33,426 nt of DNA from IMG/VR virus record IMGVR_UViG_2579778982_000017. One strand, 5' to 3'. Positions 33,091 through 33,426 of this stretch are shown here, in pieces. Origin of the DNA: a virus. Its lineage: Duplodnaviria > Heunggongvirae > Uroviricota > Caudoviricetes. A program made the position numbers and the translations under genes. The notes beneath the pieces are model-generated. The model had not been told where the DNA came from. It searched no databases and saw only the letters and a program-made list of their open reading frames with translations. The number at the start of each line of letters is the position of its first letter. Positions within the stretch are counted from its first letter, which is position 1.

Positions 33091-33426
33091 TTAAACGCTC
33101 GCTATATTATACCAGGTGCCATTTATATACTTTTGAACGGGTCTGTAATAAACGCCCGCTATATTATCGGCAGAGTTGGACCCTGTATCCTGAACATTAA
33201 TACCAGACAATACATGACCTGAAGGGCACTGGAAATTCCATGTTTGCCAGTTGTTCACTCCATAATATTGCTGTGAACCAAGTCGAACATCTTTCACATA
33301 TCTGGAGTCAAAATTGCCATAGTTTCCGGGAATAACTTGCGAGCCGCAAAGCCAGTTCCCGTTATTATCCATGTACGCCTGACCATCGGTGCCATTGGCT
33401 GTCCTTGAGTTATTAATCATGTAGAT
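33091..33426 (-). CDS. Alternative tail fibre C-terminal segment (Sv'-like), 5' end beyond the window
   Basis: - strand ORF stays open to the window edge; encodes [14 protein letters not shown]...[16 protein letters not shown], matching the + strand fibre C-terminus with a different middle part. Confidence 0.75.
   Translation of the reverse strand: MYMINNSRTANGTDGQAYMDNNGNWLCGSQVIPGNYGNFDSRYVKDVRLGSQQYYGVNNWQTWNFQCPSGHVLSGINVQDTGSNSADNIAGVYYRPVQKYINGTWYNIASV

Larger units (their letters stand above)
1..33426 (+). mobile_element. Late region of a temperate tailed phage/prophage (lysis, packaging, lambda-like head, P2-like contractile tail, invertible tail-fibre segment); both ends run off the window
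   Basis: Near-continuous + strand gene array with recognisable endolysin, terminase, portal, capsid, sheath, tube, tape measure, baseplate and fibre proteins; many start/stop overlaps typical of phage operons. Confidence 0.9.

Noticed and set aside
1-33426. Integrase, excisionase, repressor, IS elements or transposase
   Set aside because: No ORF with recognisable tyrosine/serine recombinase or transposase motifs was seen; the only recombination signal is the gix-like site, whose invertase should lie beyond the window.

Overview
The whole window reads as the late region of a temperate tailed phage or prophage from an enterobacterial-type host, almost entirely + strand. Order: a nin-like block of small coupled genes (66-2814); a late regulatory region with a tR'-like terminator (2815-3143); a lysis cassette with two membrane proteins, a GH108-type endolysin and overlapping spanins (3144-4750); a tRNA with anticodon CAU (4920-4995); an accessory region (5304-11341) carrying an MT-A70-type adenine methyltransferase, two terminator-bounded moron-like units of small ORFs, and a cluster of three ParB-like domains, one fused to a Rossmann-type SAM methyltransferase; a Nu1-like/gpA-like terminase and lambda-like head module (11932-18681); a P2-like contractile tail module with a -1 frameshifted chaperone (20191-29731); and a tail fibre gene containing a gix/cix-like crossover site followed by oppositely oriented duplicate fibre-tip and assembly genes, i.e. 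an invertible host-range segment cut off by the window end. No integrase, CRISPR array or IS element was seen. The most likely place for something undescribed is the ParB / ParB-methyltransferase operon and the adjacent small-ORF units. All calls rest on motif recognition and gene order by eye; no database search or computation was run.
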